A stretch of 64,000 nt of DNA from Dimorphilus gyrociliatus (lineage: Eukaryota; Animalia; Annelida). The notes under the pieces were generated by a model. That model was not told the DNA's origin, ran no database searches, and saw only the letters and a list, made by a program, of their open reading frames with translations. Below are positions 27,291 through 40,210 of the stretch, one piece after another. The number at the start of each line of letters is the position of its first letter. Position 1 is the first letter of the stretch. The stretch spans positions 1,364,968 through 1,428,967 of the forward strand of contig CAJFCJ010000009.1 in the NCBI GenBank assembly GCA_904063045.1. The letters run 5' to 3'. Position numbers and translations under genes: made by a program.

Positions 27291-28628
27291 TCCTAGAGAG
27301 AACAGACAGTAAGAAAATGAATGAGAAAACAGAAAAAAAGTACTTAAGTACTTTGCTCTCCTACTATCAAAAACAACCAGCGTCGTTTAACTCTTGTCTG
27401 ACGTCTCTTTCCTACAACTAGCGACGTCTCTCGGACCGAATATTTTATCAGTTATCATCATTGATCTATTTATCAAAGGCCGACAAGTTATTTTTTACCC
27501 TATTTGCCAAATCCGTAAGGATAAGCTCTACTATCTAGTCAGAATCTGTATGTATTTATGGTCCGATTTATTACAACCATATTTATTAATGTCAAACGCA
27601 CATAATTGATAAATTCAAAGCCTATAAATATTTATATGTAATTATGGAAAAAAGGGATCGCATTTGTAATATGTTTGTATTTCGCATAGCAAATTCCTTT
27701 CGATTTATACAAAATATACTCAAAAATTACATATAACTGTATAATAATAATGAACATTAGTCTTTTAAGCTGTAAATTTATTCATTTATGCATAAACTAT
27801 TGTCTTTTATGTATAATTTTAATATATAAAATGTATATGTAGTATATATATATATATATAACGAACGTATTAGTATATAGTATTAGACAAAACTTTCAAA
27901 AGATAAATCTAACAGTGTTATATAAACTGTAATATAATTAAGGCAGGTGGTTAATGCATTTTATTCTCTTTCTACTTTAAGGAAACACGGGGTAATTAAC
28001 GTAAATTACAACGATTCAAACATTTTCAATTAACCTGCCCAGGTTTAAATTTATTATATAAGATCTTATGTAATTGCTCGCTGGCGTTCGTCACTGTTTA
28101 AAATCACTTGGTAAATCGTAGGCTGAAATAAACGGTTTTTTTACCACCTTTTCTTTTATTCTCCTACTTAAACTTATCTGCCCTGTGAATGAGGCAATGG
28201 GGAGAGAGAGGAAGAGAGGGAGGGAGGGAGGGAGGGAATAAACAAATGAATGAATGAAGAAGAAGTAGAAGAAAAAAGAGATAGAATGTGTATGCGTACG
28301 TGATGAATGAAAGAGATTTCTATTTAACTGTAAATTAACCACAATGAATATCCTTATAAAAGTAAATACAACAAAGGAGAACGACTATTGTTTTCCTTTT
28401 GTAGCAGATTATAGACATATAAATGAATATGTATATGTAGTGCCCTGTATATAAATTATAATTGTTATTCTGTATGTCGTATTTATCACATCTCATTAAT
28501 ATTAATAAGCTAGCACGCCCGTGAAAAATATTCATATCAACCTTTTGAAAATATTGAATTGAGAAACATCTGGCCATTCGCTATGACGTATTAAAAAACT
28601 TAACTGGGAGAAACTATTTTAAGCGAAA

Positions 28629-30776
28629 ATGTCTCTGGAAGGAGGCGATCTGGGACTGGGTAAGGGCTTAAAACCTGGTGGAATCCCCGTGGACATTCCT
28701 AAGGAAGAAGAGCAAAAGACTAGAAATATCCGACTTAAAACCTATAAAACCCTGTATGGTGGCAGAGTAGAGGATAATTCGATTTCTAAAGGAGATGACC
28801 TCTTAATAGGAACCTCGCTTAAACAGCAAAAGAAATTGTTCGAGAGACAGGTGGCGCAACTAAGCCTGCCTGGATTGAGCAGGGATCATCACCAATACGG
28901 ATTAATAGATCAGAGTTTGTATATCATTTGGGAAATTAGGCCTATATAAGGGGAGAATTCGCTATGCTAATATCGATTGAAAGAATTATGATGCACTGAA
29001 CTCTTGGGAATAGTAGTGAATAAGGTTTCTAATTAGGTTATGTTTAATTAGACAAAAAATATATAGTGAAATAAGTAAACTATATATAAGCATATATATA
29101 TATAATAATATCTATATATATATATAAATATATATGCTTGAGTAAGTAAAGTGAAAATGCTATAAATCCTAAAGATGTATAGATGAAAAGAATAAATAAA
29201 AGGGAGAAAAAAATAAGGGAATGTATACTATAATAGAGTTTAATAATAACATAATAAATATCGTTTCTCTCCCTCTAACTCCCCCTTTCTTTTTCTACTA
29301 TAATTATTCAACTAGGGAACGTCTCTAAAATAAACATTTCAGTTCTCACCCTTTCCTCATTTCGTTTCTTCTAGTTATTTTTGTACAGTTTATAAATAGA
29401 AATAAATTATTCCTTATTTATTTAGCGAAAGATGGAAGAGGTAATCAGAGTGAAGAAGATTCCATTGCAATTCAAGATAAAAACGTTCAGAGGAAACTGT
29501 ACGAAGCTCAATGGGAAATCGAACGCTTAACGCAAGATTTAGAGATATGCAAGAACCAGTTGGACGCCAAATACAAATCCATTAAACTCCTCCAGAACCA
29601 GGTTTTCCTTATAAGCTATTATTTACTTGACTTCGAATTTATATATTCTTGCTTTAAACGCTATTTATGTTATCTCTAAATCAAATCTCCTTAATTCCCT
29701 TCTCTCTTTCGACATTATAGGCAAGCATTTACCAAAGTCAACATTTTGAATCGTTAACAAGTACGAAAACCATTGTACAGCATCTTCAAAAGGTTACTTT
29801 CCTTAACATAATTTATACATCATATTAAAAAGTAAATTATAGCGAATTAGCTCTTGTTACAACTGCCCCCCTTCCATATGCTATTTTGTGATGAGTTCTA
29901 TTTAAAATAGGAAGTCAACAGACTGCAATTCGAACTGGAATTACGTCAATCAACATTAATCGGAAGCCAAGAAACTTGGCGGGAGAGATTTGATAGAGTT
30001 TGTAAAGAGAATAGTGCTCTATTCGGTATACTAGCACAAGAGAGGAGAGAAGTAGAAGAATTGAGGCAAAAGAATAGAGAACTTGAAAGGCAAACAGATG
30101 ACTTAAAACAGGTCTTAAATGATAGGGAAAAGAAGAGATTTGAATTTCTTGAAAGGGCCCTAAGCACCGAGGAATCGGACGATGAAAAGCCATTTACCGC
30201 CGAAGAACTAGCCGTTTTAGGTACATGTAATTGTAGATTGGATAAAAAGGAGCCTTGTCGTTGCGCAAAGACTTGCGTAACACTGCATAGAAGATTGGAT
30301 TCCTGTCGGAGTCAAATCTTCTCTATCAAACAACAAAGGATGGAAGCGTTACTATCAGTAGACGCATATCGGCAAGCTTTTGAAGAGCAATTGAACAGGA
30401 ATGAAAAACTTTTAAGAGACTGTTCAAAGACAATTCAACTACCTCCTCTCGCCAGGGAGAATGTTTTACAATTTTTAAGATGTATTAAACATATAGATAA
30501 CACAACAAAAAACAATGATGACAATCCATTAGATAATGTATCGGATACTGATATATTCACCATACTTATAGAAATGGTAAAAATTAACTTCACAATATTT
30601 TCAAAGTCGAATTAAACTATTTTCTATTCCTTTCTATTTAGATATCTGAGAGGAATGAAGCGTTAGCCAATCAAAGACTGGCTGTGAAGATACTCGGCAC
30701 TAAGGTTCAAGAGTATGAAAAACTTTTAAAAGGAAAAGAGCAAACTAATGTGATTAACATGAAGAGTCTTGTATAG
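28629..30776 (+). CDS. CCDC125: Coiled-coil domain-containing protein 125-like
   Basis: Exons ~28629-28914, 29425-29600, ~29721-29792, ~29911-30577, 30642-30776. Motifs ELAVLGTCNC...PCRCAK, VDAYRQAFEEQL and EALANQR match remembered CCDC125 segments (ELAVLGACLC..PCSCAR; ADAFRIAFEQQL; EALAHQR). First exon tentative. Confidence 0.8.
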
Positions 30777-31761
30777 ACTCTGTTATTGATGGTTTCTTAA
30801 TAAATATCCTTTTGTATATAACTTTAACGGAATATAATATCTAGATTTAAACGCCTTCGTGTTTATAATAACGTTTAAATCGTTTCGAATCGGGTCTTTT
30901 GCCATCATTATTTCTACTTTCGATTTCATTCTTCATTTTATATAAATTGCTTATTAAAGAATAATTCTGAAAATTGAAGATGATCTGATCATTATTGCTT
31001 TTATGTAAACAACATCAATAGGACATTTCAGGCTCTTAAACATAACATTATATAGGAGAATAGTTTTTTTTCTATATACACGTTAAGTATCTCTGCAAAA
31101 AGAACCTTACCTTGATTGTTTCTTCTTGTTGTGTAGTTATAGTATCGAATTTAATTAAACATAACAACAAAGTAGTGCATACTGTATAGATATAAAAAAA
31201 GAAGGCGATAACAAAGCAAAATGCCATAGAAGCAAGGCTATAATTGAAATTTTTGAACAAAACGAAAGTAGATTCTAAAGGCTATAATTTATTACGTAAC
31301 AGCAAATATAGTGTGGAAGTGTCATTGTAGCTTAGATCAAATGATTACATAAATAAGATCAGGCGTAGAGAAAGCGATTTAATGATAGTATTTTTGTTTT
31401 TATTATTTAAGAGAGTGTCATTGGTTTTCCTTCTATTTCTTCTACTTTTTCTTCTTTCTGTCTTTCTTCTTCTTCTTCTTCTTCTTTAAATTAAAGGTCA
31501 ATGTTTTATCAGTTTTATTTAAAAAACAAATAACAAAAGAGTCAAGTTTTTGTTCTTTTTACTTTTCTTTACTTCTAATGATTATGTACTTTCATCCAAC
31601 ATTGCAATTATTTACTTTAACCATTGACTACAGATTAATTAACGACTTTAATTAACTTTCATTTCTATTGAAATTGTTTAATATGTTTGTTAAAAGTTTT
31701 AACTAAATCAAATACTTTGAATACTTGTTTTTGAAATGTCACAAATTGATTACAAAAAGCT

Positions 31762-31845
31762 CGAAATATGACGTAAATAAAGGAATGTTCGAAAAATGAC
31801 GTAAATAGAGAAACGTTCGAAAATGACGTAAAGTAAGGAATGTTT
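31762..31845. repeat. Three ~28-bp tandem units, each containing TGACGTAA
   Basis: cgaaatatgacgtaaataaaggaatgtt / cgaaaaatgacgtaaatagagaaacgtt / cgaaaatgacgtaaagtaaggaatgttt. Confidence 0.9.
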
Positions 31846-33908
31846 CACAAAAAGCAAAAACTAACCTTATATATGAGAAGACAAGATGGAAAAGAAGAAG
31901 AATAAGGATATTAAATTTATTTAAGTATGTTACTTAAGATAGATAGCTTTTTTTTCTCGAATATTTCATAACTTGATTTTAATAGGGTTACATTTCCTTT
32001 TACATAGAATGTATTAAGCTCTAATTGTATATGAAAATTTAATTTGGAAACTGGAAATGTTTAATACCTAAACTATAAAACAGAAGTTTCTTTTATTAAA
32101 TATGTTATTAAAATATAGCTTTGCATCTTGTAATAGTTATTTACGAACCAAATAGAAAATGACCAATTTAGCCTTTCTTTCGCAAACTGGCTTTATCCTT
32201 CTGATACTAATTGATTTTTAACGACCTGGGGGACCATTTCAGTAAACTTCCTAAAGCAATTATTTACATTTAGAAAAAAATTACTAATTGGAAAGAATAT
32301 ATTAGGATCCTGTGGGCTTAGTTAATTTTTTTTAAATAGACATAGGATATACACGATCGTACCATAATAAAGCCAGAAATAGAGCTATTACTCTCTATTT
32401 ACTTCTAAGGCTGTTATTACTTATGCTATAATTATTAAGGAATATTTTAACCGAGATCGTTTCTCAGCAGGCAAACATTTTTGACAGGCAACGTGATACA
32501 GTGTTCCATTACATAACAACTTGAGAAGCTACTTTCCAGGGACACTTAGTAAATTAAATCTTCTCTTTGTTGTCCTGTTCGCTTGGATAAATAACGCCAC
32601 CTGTTATTCTTTCTATTTTGATTAATTTTTAGATAAGATCTATTTTTGGAACATCTAAATATAATATCCCTAATACCATCAACTTTATCGCTAATTAGCA
32701 ATCGTTGTATCTAATTGGGTGCTATCTTTGAAATCCAATATATAACCTTTTTTCGTCTTTGTTCAATTAATATTTTTTTTTCAAAGAAATTAGATAATTA
32801 ATGACTAATTTTAGTTTACCAAAAATAGACATCCAATCTTTTTCCTGAGAGATAACAGATTTTTTCCATTTTATAACATATTTATTAGAGTTTAGTATTA
32901 ATTAAATAGTCTCTCTTAAAAAAACAACGGTTGGGTATTTTTACACTATAATAGGGAAAAAATAGTAATTTATAGGAATAGCCGACTGTAGAATGAAACC
33001 TTTTACATTAGTTGAACGAGGATTGTATTGTTTAAGAGAGAGAGAGGTAACAGTGAGAAAGTATTCAAGTATACCTCTGATTAAATTGTTTTCATTAATT
33101 ATCTATCATTCTGCTAAAACGAATTATTTAAATAAACAAATCCTAAAGAGCTTTTTCTTTTTATAATTAAAACAATTGGATTGCAGGCTTTACGTTTTAA
33201 TTATAGAATAGTATTTGAGAACGAAAATTGCATGATAAATTTGATAGAAACTGCATAATTTGGGTTCTAAATGCTATTTTAAATACTTCTGGACTGCAGC
33301 CTAACAGTGTTCTTCTCATTTACGAATTTTTTATTCATCATGGATTGTACTGAGGTATTGTAAGCATGAATGTTGTAGCCTTGAAAAGGAAAATGAGGAA
33401 AGCTGAATAAACTAATCAGCTTAAATCTATGAATTCTATTAGACTTATATCGTTACAGTTGTTATCTGCATGTCCTTAATTTCCATATTTTACTCCCTTT
33501 CCCCAATTTACGTCTGTCCGCTCTCTGCGGGTAAAAATACTGAATACTAAAAACTAAATCAAACATCGTAAGTGCCAAATTAAGAAATTAAGTTAAAAAA
33601 AATTAAGTTTAAAATACTAAGTCAGTAACTGAAAAATCAGTAATATTTAACTTTATCATGTAGTTATCGATGGTAGTGCAATACAGGAGAAATCAAACGT
33701 TATCTAATGAAGATATATTGAATATTAGTATGAAAAGAATGTGTTTATTTTCTTGGTTCAATACTCAAATTTTGCTGATTTGCGCAACATGTTGGTTGGT
33801 CGTTGCCGTAATCCTTGTAGCAATGGTCTTTTACAAACATTAAAGCATGAAGGACTCTCTAAATTAACTTAATAATAAAATTTATTTTATTTTCAAAAAA
33901 TGTCCAAT

Positions 33909-34393
33909 TTATCGTATTCCAAATTTTTCTTTCAATCGATCTTCTTCATCCTTCTTGTCTTGAAGTTCTTTCCTGCAATAAAGTTTTGCTTATAAAACAC
34001 AAAAGGATTTTATTATAAGTATAAACCAACTCAGCCAAGGGGAGGTAATTTTCTATTTTTTTTCTGATGTGAGTTTGCCCGTCCTGATCTAAAGCCAAAA
34101 GAAATGGTCCCAATAAATGAGCCTTTCTGATCATTTTATCGAGTAACGACGTCGCCATTTTATATCTGACGCCTTGCTGCTACAAAATTAATTTCTTAAT
34201 AAGGTTGTCAATGAGCTATTACCTGCCCTACCTTAATATCATCTACTTGATTACCATCAATAATTTTTAATTCCTGCAAACGTGTTAAGAATAAACCTTG
34301 CAATTCCAAATGCTCTGTCAAGTACACTAAATTTCTCTCTAGTGTAAGTTTAAACACTTCATCGGAGTATTCTTTATGACTTTTTCCGGACAT
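33909..34393 (-). CDS. CARD-only protein, paralog 1 (124 aa)
   Basis: Exons 34393-34232, 34179-34031, 33972-33909. MSGKSHKEYSDEVFKLTLERNLVYLTEHLELQGLFLTRLQELKIIDGNQVDDIK/QQGVRYKMATSLLDKMIRKAHLLGPFLLALDQDGQTHIRKKIENYLPLAE/KELQDKKDEEDRLKEKFGIR*. Six-helix CARD hydrophobic pattern; AATAAA about 23 nt after stop. Confidence 0.8.
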
Positions 34394-34753
34394 ATTATGA
34401 AAAACGAAGTTTCTTAAAGCTGTATAGCATGAGCGATAATGCGTGGGAAATTAACAAATATAAGTTCAGTGTCCAGACAAATTTCAAGGACGTATAATAC
34501 AATTTATCACTTAAAAAACAAGTGTTATTTTAATATTCAAAATTTATTAAATAAGTGGCTTTGTAAAAATCCACATAAAAGTAATAATCCATGATTTTAT
34601 TAGTTGAAAAGTTCAGTTTTGCGTCTTGTACGAAAAACAAAAGTAGAAGTTATACAGTATAAAGACAATGAAAGCTCGTATACTTTTTAAATTTATCATA
34701 TAACAACAATGTGGAATAAGAAAGAAACTGTAATATGATCTGGTGCTATCTTG

Positions 34754-35245
34754 TTATTGTCCAAACTGCTGTTTGATAGCCTCCCTTTGTTTTTTTCTAT
34801 CATTGACTATTCTCCTGGAAACAAAGTTATGATCAACTTATTAATAAAGATAAATTTTAACAGATATAACAGAAAACCAACTGTGCATCTGGTAAATACT
34901 CTGTGATATTTTCAGCCAAGAATTTTTGATTGTCATCAAATAATGCTAACACGAACTGAGGTAAATGATGACTGTTCCTAATAAGTATATCCATTAATTT
35001 AGACGCTTTACGAAATCTAGCTCCCCCTGACTAAAACAAGTGTGTTTATAGTTGTAATATTTAATATTTGTACTTTAAATATCTACTTCAATTTCTTCTT
35101 TCTCGAGCTGGGTAATAACTCCCCTCGCCAATAATCGGTTGAGTAAAAGGCTACCGTCTCCTATACCTAATTTTTCTGTAATGTCGACTAACTTTCTTTC
35201 AAGCACAACCTTATAGGTTTCTGGTGAATAAGTCATTTTCGCCAT
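34754..35245 (-). CDS. CARD-only protein, paralog 2 (122 aa), not in the ORF track
   Basis: Exons 35245-35087, 35030-34882, 34814-34754. MAKMTYSPETYKVVLERKLVDITEKLGIGDGSLLLNRLLARGVITQLEKEEIE/SGGARFRKASKLMDILIRNSHHLPQFVLALFDDNQKFLAENITEYLPDAQ/RIVNDRKKQREAIKQQFGQ*. Same intron positions and phases and same 149-nt exon 2 as paralog 1. Confidence 0.8.
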
Positions 35246-36546
35246 TAGCTATTTTGCTGCAGTGCAACACTGGGCGATAATATGAAGCAAATTGTTATTA
35301 TATATTCCAGTGTCCACTATCAAACTCACCAGAAACTTGTTCAAAAAAGGCAGCTGTGCTATGTTACGAAAAGACTAATCTGCAAATTAGTTTCTTTATC
35401 GTTTAAGTGAAGAGACCAATGTCATTAAGTCTTAATAAAAAAATAAAAGACTCATGTTTATTAAGACTATTTTCCCTTTAATATAATGAGATTTTAATGT
35501 TTTAAATCGAAAAAGCCTTTTTTGTCAATAAAAGATCAATACGAAAAAAAAACTATTTAGTGTGTATAATATGACAATTTAAATAAGCTGCAATCGACTC
35601 AATAAAATGGCCTTTTATCTAGAGAGAGAGATTAAACGAATGTCGCTTAGGAACGAACTGACGCTGTATAGATTTCCAGTCTGTTAGATTGATAGACAGT
35701 TTTTTATTCGTAATGAATTCAAAACCGAGAGTAAAGGTGAGCTGTTAAGCAATAATTTTCATTATTTTATATTTAATTAAGTTTAAAAAGTTTGAAGATT
35801 AAGTTAAAATTATTTAGAAAACTTTTTCCCGTTTAAAAAACGAGAGAATAGAGCAAGAAAAGTTAGGAGATATTGTCCAGACGAAGTGTTAATTACAATT
35901 TTACATAATTCAATTGACTTGTTCTAATTAATTACCCCATTAAACTTACTCTTAGTCAATTAATTCGAATTATGGTTAACTTTATATATACTCATGTACA
36001 ATACACATATATAATCATCTATTCCCTAGTGTTTGTTGGCTTTCAGGGTCAGTTATAGTTCAGTAGTTGATATGCTCTAGTCTTTTACCATAGATTCCTA
36101 TTAGCTCTTTTTTGTAATTTATTATTCTTTCTTTGTTAGCCTTAATACCATTTGTATTGTTATTAATTTTGCATTAACACTTTCAGTCGACCAGAGGAAA
36201 AGGTAAAGGATCAAAACAAGTAAGTTAATTTTTTAGTCCTCATTAATATTCAGTTTACCGTCAAAAATTATTATTTTTCAATATCCTTTAGTCTTATGTT
36301 TTGTTTAATTTTTTATCCCAAGCCTTAAGGGGAATTAATTTTAATTTAATATTCAAAATTTCGCGCCACCGGAAGAAATCTTTATTATTTAAGGGAATAA
36401 TATTTAAGTATTAAATGTTGAAAAACATAACTTTGTAAATATCAAACTTGGAAATTAATAGTTAAAAAGCAAGAAAATATTATAAATAAATAGTATTTTT
36501 GAAGTTAATATCTTAGTAGTCTCCATAGAAACGGAGACAGTAAATA

Positions 36547-37905
36547 ATGTCTGAGAAACGATCGACGTCCGTAGCTAAAAAGCATAGTGTTTCCCAGAAA
36601 ATCAAGCGAAAAAAGCACGAAACTGATGCCTTTAGGGAAGAGGTTAATAGTGTTTATATAAATTTTCTTCTTGATTAATACTTTACAAGAGTTAATTAGA
36701 AAATTTCCAAGAAATACTAAACGCTTACTGTTTAAGTTTAAATAAGTTATATTGTCTTATTAACAGGATATTATAAAGGAGTCGTTAGCCTTCAAAGTTC
36801 TTTCGGAGGAGATTACAAAAGAATGCCTAGAATGTAGCGACGTTTTAAAGATAGAAGAGTAAGAGAATTTAGCAATAATTTTTCTTTTCTTTTTCTTACA
36901 AGTATAAAAGATATAAAAAGATTTAAAATTGTTGCAACAGAAAATTACTTGACTTTCTCAAATTACAACAAACACATATTGATTTAAAAGAAGGATCAGC
37001 TCTCGATTACTATGTTGGACTAGTTTGGTTTGCCAAACAACAAAAATATAATGCAGAACAAACGTCAGCTCTTTATACCGTAGGTCATAATTTATTCGAT
37101 AATATTCAAGGTAAAAACAAGTTCTAAATTGTAAATAAAAAAAATTTAAATGAGCTTTTTAATTTATTCTTAAAGAAAAACACATAAGCCTAGTTGAGAA
37201 TTTAAAAGAACTTAAAAAGTACTTTGCCGGAATAGCTATGAATGACACTGTCGAATTATCTGGAGGATTAGAATGTTTTGATTTAAATCAAGCTAAAGAT
37301 ATTCTAACTTTTTTAAATATAACGTAAGTAAACCTCTTGATAGGCTAATTAACATTTTCGAACTGCAAATATTCTCATATATTTCTTTCTGCTATTTTAC
37401 AGCATCTTTCAACATTATCGATTGTACGAGTATATGTTTTGCTGCACTCAGGCAGAAGAAATAATAGGTCTTGATGTAGGTATAGTTTTGAACTAGTATA
37501 TGAACTAAGTGTATACTTAATAAACAACTTTGTTTTTTCTAATTGAAGTTAGAGGTTGAAGTACCTAAACCGGCAACTCTACCCTGGCCAGCTCCCCTAG
37601 ACGAAGCCGTTGATGAATCTCTATTTAAACAGTATATAGCCCCGCCTCCAGAACCAACGCCGGAACCTGAATTAAGTGAAGAAGAATTAGCAGCTCTTAA
37701 AGCGGCCGAAATTGAAAAGGATATTGAAACGGCGAAAAGAGAAGACGAACTCCTAAGTCAATTGCAACCTGAGGAAATAAAAAAGATTATTTCTGAAGTT
37801 TTCGAAGAAGTTGTTGGAACCGTCGATCACCAGGTTGCTGAAAAATTAAGAGAAAAAGAGAATCAATTCATTCAAAGGATAAATAAAATACATAAAGTAT
37901 TATAG
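36547..37905 (+). CDS. CABCOCO1: CABCOCO1/C10orf107-like ciliary protein (CFAP119/CLAMP family)
   Basis: Six exons from ATG 36547. Motifs IKESLAFKVLS, DLKEGSALDYYVGLVWFAKQQ, IFQHYRLYEYMF, LEVEVPKPATLPWPAPLDEA. Confidence 0.8.
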
Positions 37906-38030
37906 AGAAAGCTGACTATTTACTTTAAATTTATTCAGTTAAGATTTATAAAAGGATGAGAATAATATGAATGTGAAATAATAAAAAGTTATAAGTTTTT
38001 GTAAGTTCTTTATTCCTCCATCTCTTCCTC

Positions 38031-39224
38031 CTAGGAAGGATACTCTGGCAATGACGATTGACTACTTGTGTTATAATTTGTTGCTTTATTATAATGTTCC
38101 CACAGCTCCTTAACTATTTCAGTAACGATCAAAGAGTTTGTATTCGAACCAATAATTCTTAAGATAAAGACACCATCTACCGCTAAATAATTAACGGCGA
38201 ATCTCCTAAGGTTTTCATCGTCACTAAGAACTCGGTATTTAGTAAATTTAAGATGCTTGTTAACGTAGGCAAGTTGATTTGTTACGGCAAAGCTAAAGTG
38301 TTTAACAAATGAAATGACTAAGATGAATATAACAACAACAATCCAAAACCAAATGAATAAGAATAATTTCTCGTTAAATAAATTTATAGGTAGAACGCAT
38401 TGAACTGTATATCTTTGAACATTACCAACAACTCTAACTTTTAGATCGCACATTGTTACTCTTGGAAATGTTATCGAACCACTTGATTCTGTATTATAAA
38501 TCAAATTTTTCAACTCTCTTAAGCCATACATGTAGAAATTGTGATTCAGGAAGTAGTTGAGGGCGATTATTTGAAGGCAAGCGTTTATTATATATAAAGC
38601 TTTTGTTACTAAATAACAAGCTACTAAATATGTTCCTCTTTGTCTGCTACAGCAGAAACAACTGCAAGCAATTAGATTCTTTAAAGAACATGTCATATCC
38701 TTACTAACTTCTCTTCTGGCTCTTACATATCTTGTAAACATTTCAATAATATAGTCTAAAGTTTGTTTTCTCTTTTCCTGTTTTCCAATATGCTCAAAGT
38801 TTTCTGCCTCTTCTACTATAGATTCTATATCGATACCTGATTTTGTGTTCATAGCCCTCCAGAATAAAGCAGGTATGAAAAAGAAAAAGCCCATTACTAA
38901 AAACATTATCGGTACCCATTGATAATACTCGATATGTCTTTGTCCAACGTCTTCATTGGGTTTTGGAATAGATTTATCGAAAGGTAGGTAGTAGGTATTA
39001 CTCACCCAACAATAGCTATTTGTATAAGCTTCCCATCCATCACTAAAATGAGCAGGTACCCAACAATTTATAGTTTCACCTACCAAATTGGTTCCAGTAA
39101 CCACAATTGAAAACACTAAGAGAATAGCAGTTGTATAAGTATGCGATAGTCTATCAGAATTCTCTTCATCCCTTCTCGCAGTTGGAAAGGCAACATTACC
39201 AACAACACTAACAACTTTCTCCAT
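38031..39224 (-). CDS. Innexin A, CDS intronless (397 aa)
   Basis: DRLSHTYT, INCWVPAHF, YTNSYCWV, YYQWVP signature, FPRVTMCDLK, QCVLPINLFNEKLFLFIWFW; four TM segments. Confidence 0.97.
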   Translation of the reverse strand: MEKVVSVVGNVAFPTARRDEENSDRLSHTYTTAILLVFSIVVTGTNLVGETINCWVPAHFSDGWEAYTNSYCWVSNTYYLPFDKSIPKPNEDVGQRHIEYYQWVPIMFLVMGFFFFIPALFWRAMNTKSGIDIESIVEEAENFEHIGKQEKRKQTLDYIIEMFTRYVRARREVSKDMTCSLKNLIACSCFCCSRQRGTYLVACYLVTKALYIINACLQIIALNYFLNHNFYMYGLRELKNLIYNTESSGSITFPRVTMCDLKVRVVGNVQRYTVQCVLPINLFNEKLFLFIWFWIVVVIFILVISFVKHFSFAVTNQLAYVNKHLKFTKYRVLSDDENLRRFAVNYLAVDGVFILRIIGSNTNSLIVTEIVKELWEHYNKATNYNTSSQSSLPEYPS

Positions 39225-40210
39225 TCCTTATTAAAAAGTTCTTAAATGTACGATTATATCTTCTATAAAGCTTTTAGTTTCTTTTCTTTTTAATGAAAAA
39301 TAACAAAAATTTTCTAAGTGCTTTCACGAACAAAGTAAGGTTATCGAACTAGGCTTGCTATGTTGAACAGTAAGTATTTAAAATGTTTTTCACATGCATT
39401 GTAGAATTTCCGGTTCTGTCTCTGTTTAGTATTTGAAAAATTTTTATATATATATCTGAGGAGAGTTCTTTTTAAAAGTTTTAAAAAGTATGCTCTATTC
39501 ACCTATTCACTGAATGGAGCATTTGAATATTCGGTTACCAGTATGAAATAGGCCAAATGTATTATGATAGACGCATTATTACGCCAAGATTTTGAAGATT
39601 CATAATGATAAGAATTGATAAATAGAATAAAAGGTAGCAGAGGAAAAGCAGGGAGAGAGAAAGAGCTCCAGGGTTGATTTTAGTAAGGGACAAAGGAGAC
39701 TATATTTAATAATATATCTATAGATATACAATATATACTGTATATATTATATATTCAAATATTTCTCTAATGGCGAAAACAACTTGTTTTATTTTTTTAA
39801 AATGCTTTTTAAAGTCATTTATTCAGACAATCCTTAGTCTAGTTTATTATGAAATTTTGACCTCAGGGCAAAAGGACCTATAACTAAATAAATATGCTAA
39901 TATTATTCACTCAATAACCTTTAAAAATGAAAAGCGCATCCTCTTCCCGTTTTCAAATAAACTATAGAAATAAATAGAGTGCATGATGAATCATTTCTCT
40001 TCACCCTCTTCTATCTTTTTTTTTTTTTCTTCTTTTTAGCAGATAATTGTTATCTAGGATAAATAAATAGATTTTGGTATTTTGTAATATTTATTTAGAA
40101 TCCTTAACAGAATGATAACGGTAAAGAAAGAATAACATAATAAAAAATGAACTTTTATATTATCGTCACATCCGTTTTTTTTTGCTATTAGACGCTTTTT
40201 TATTTTGTTC

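Noticed and set aside
31900-33530. Multi-exon gene or pseudogene on either strand
   Set aside because: Several short protein-like frames, but no phase-consistent, stop-free model could be built.
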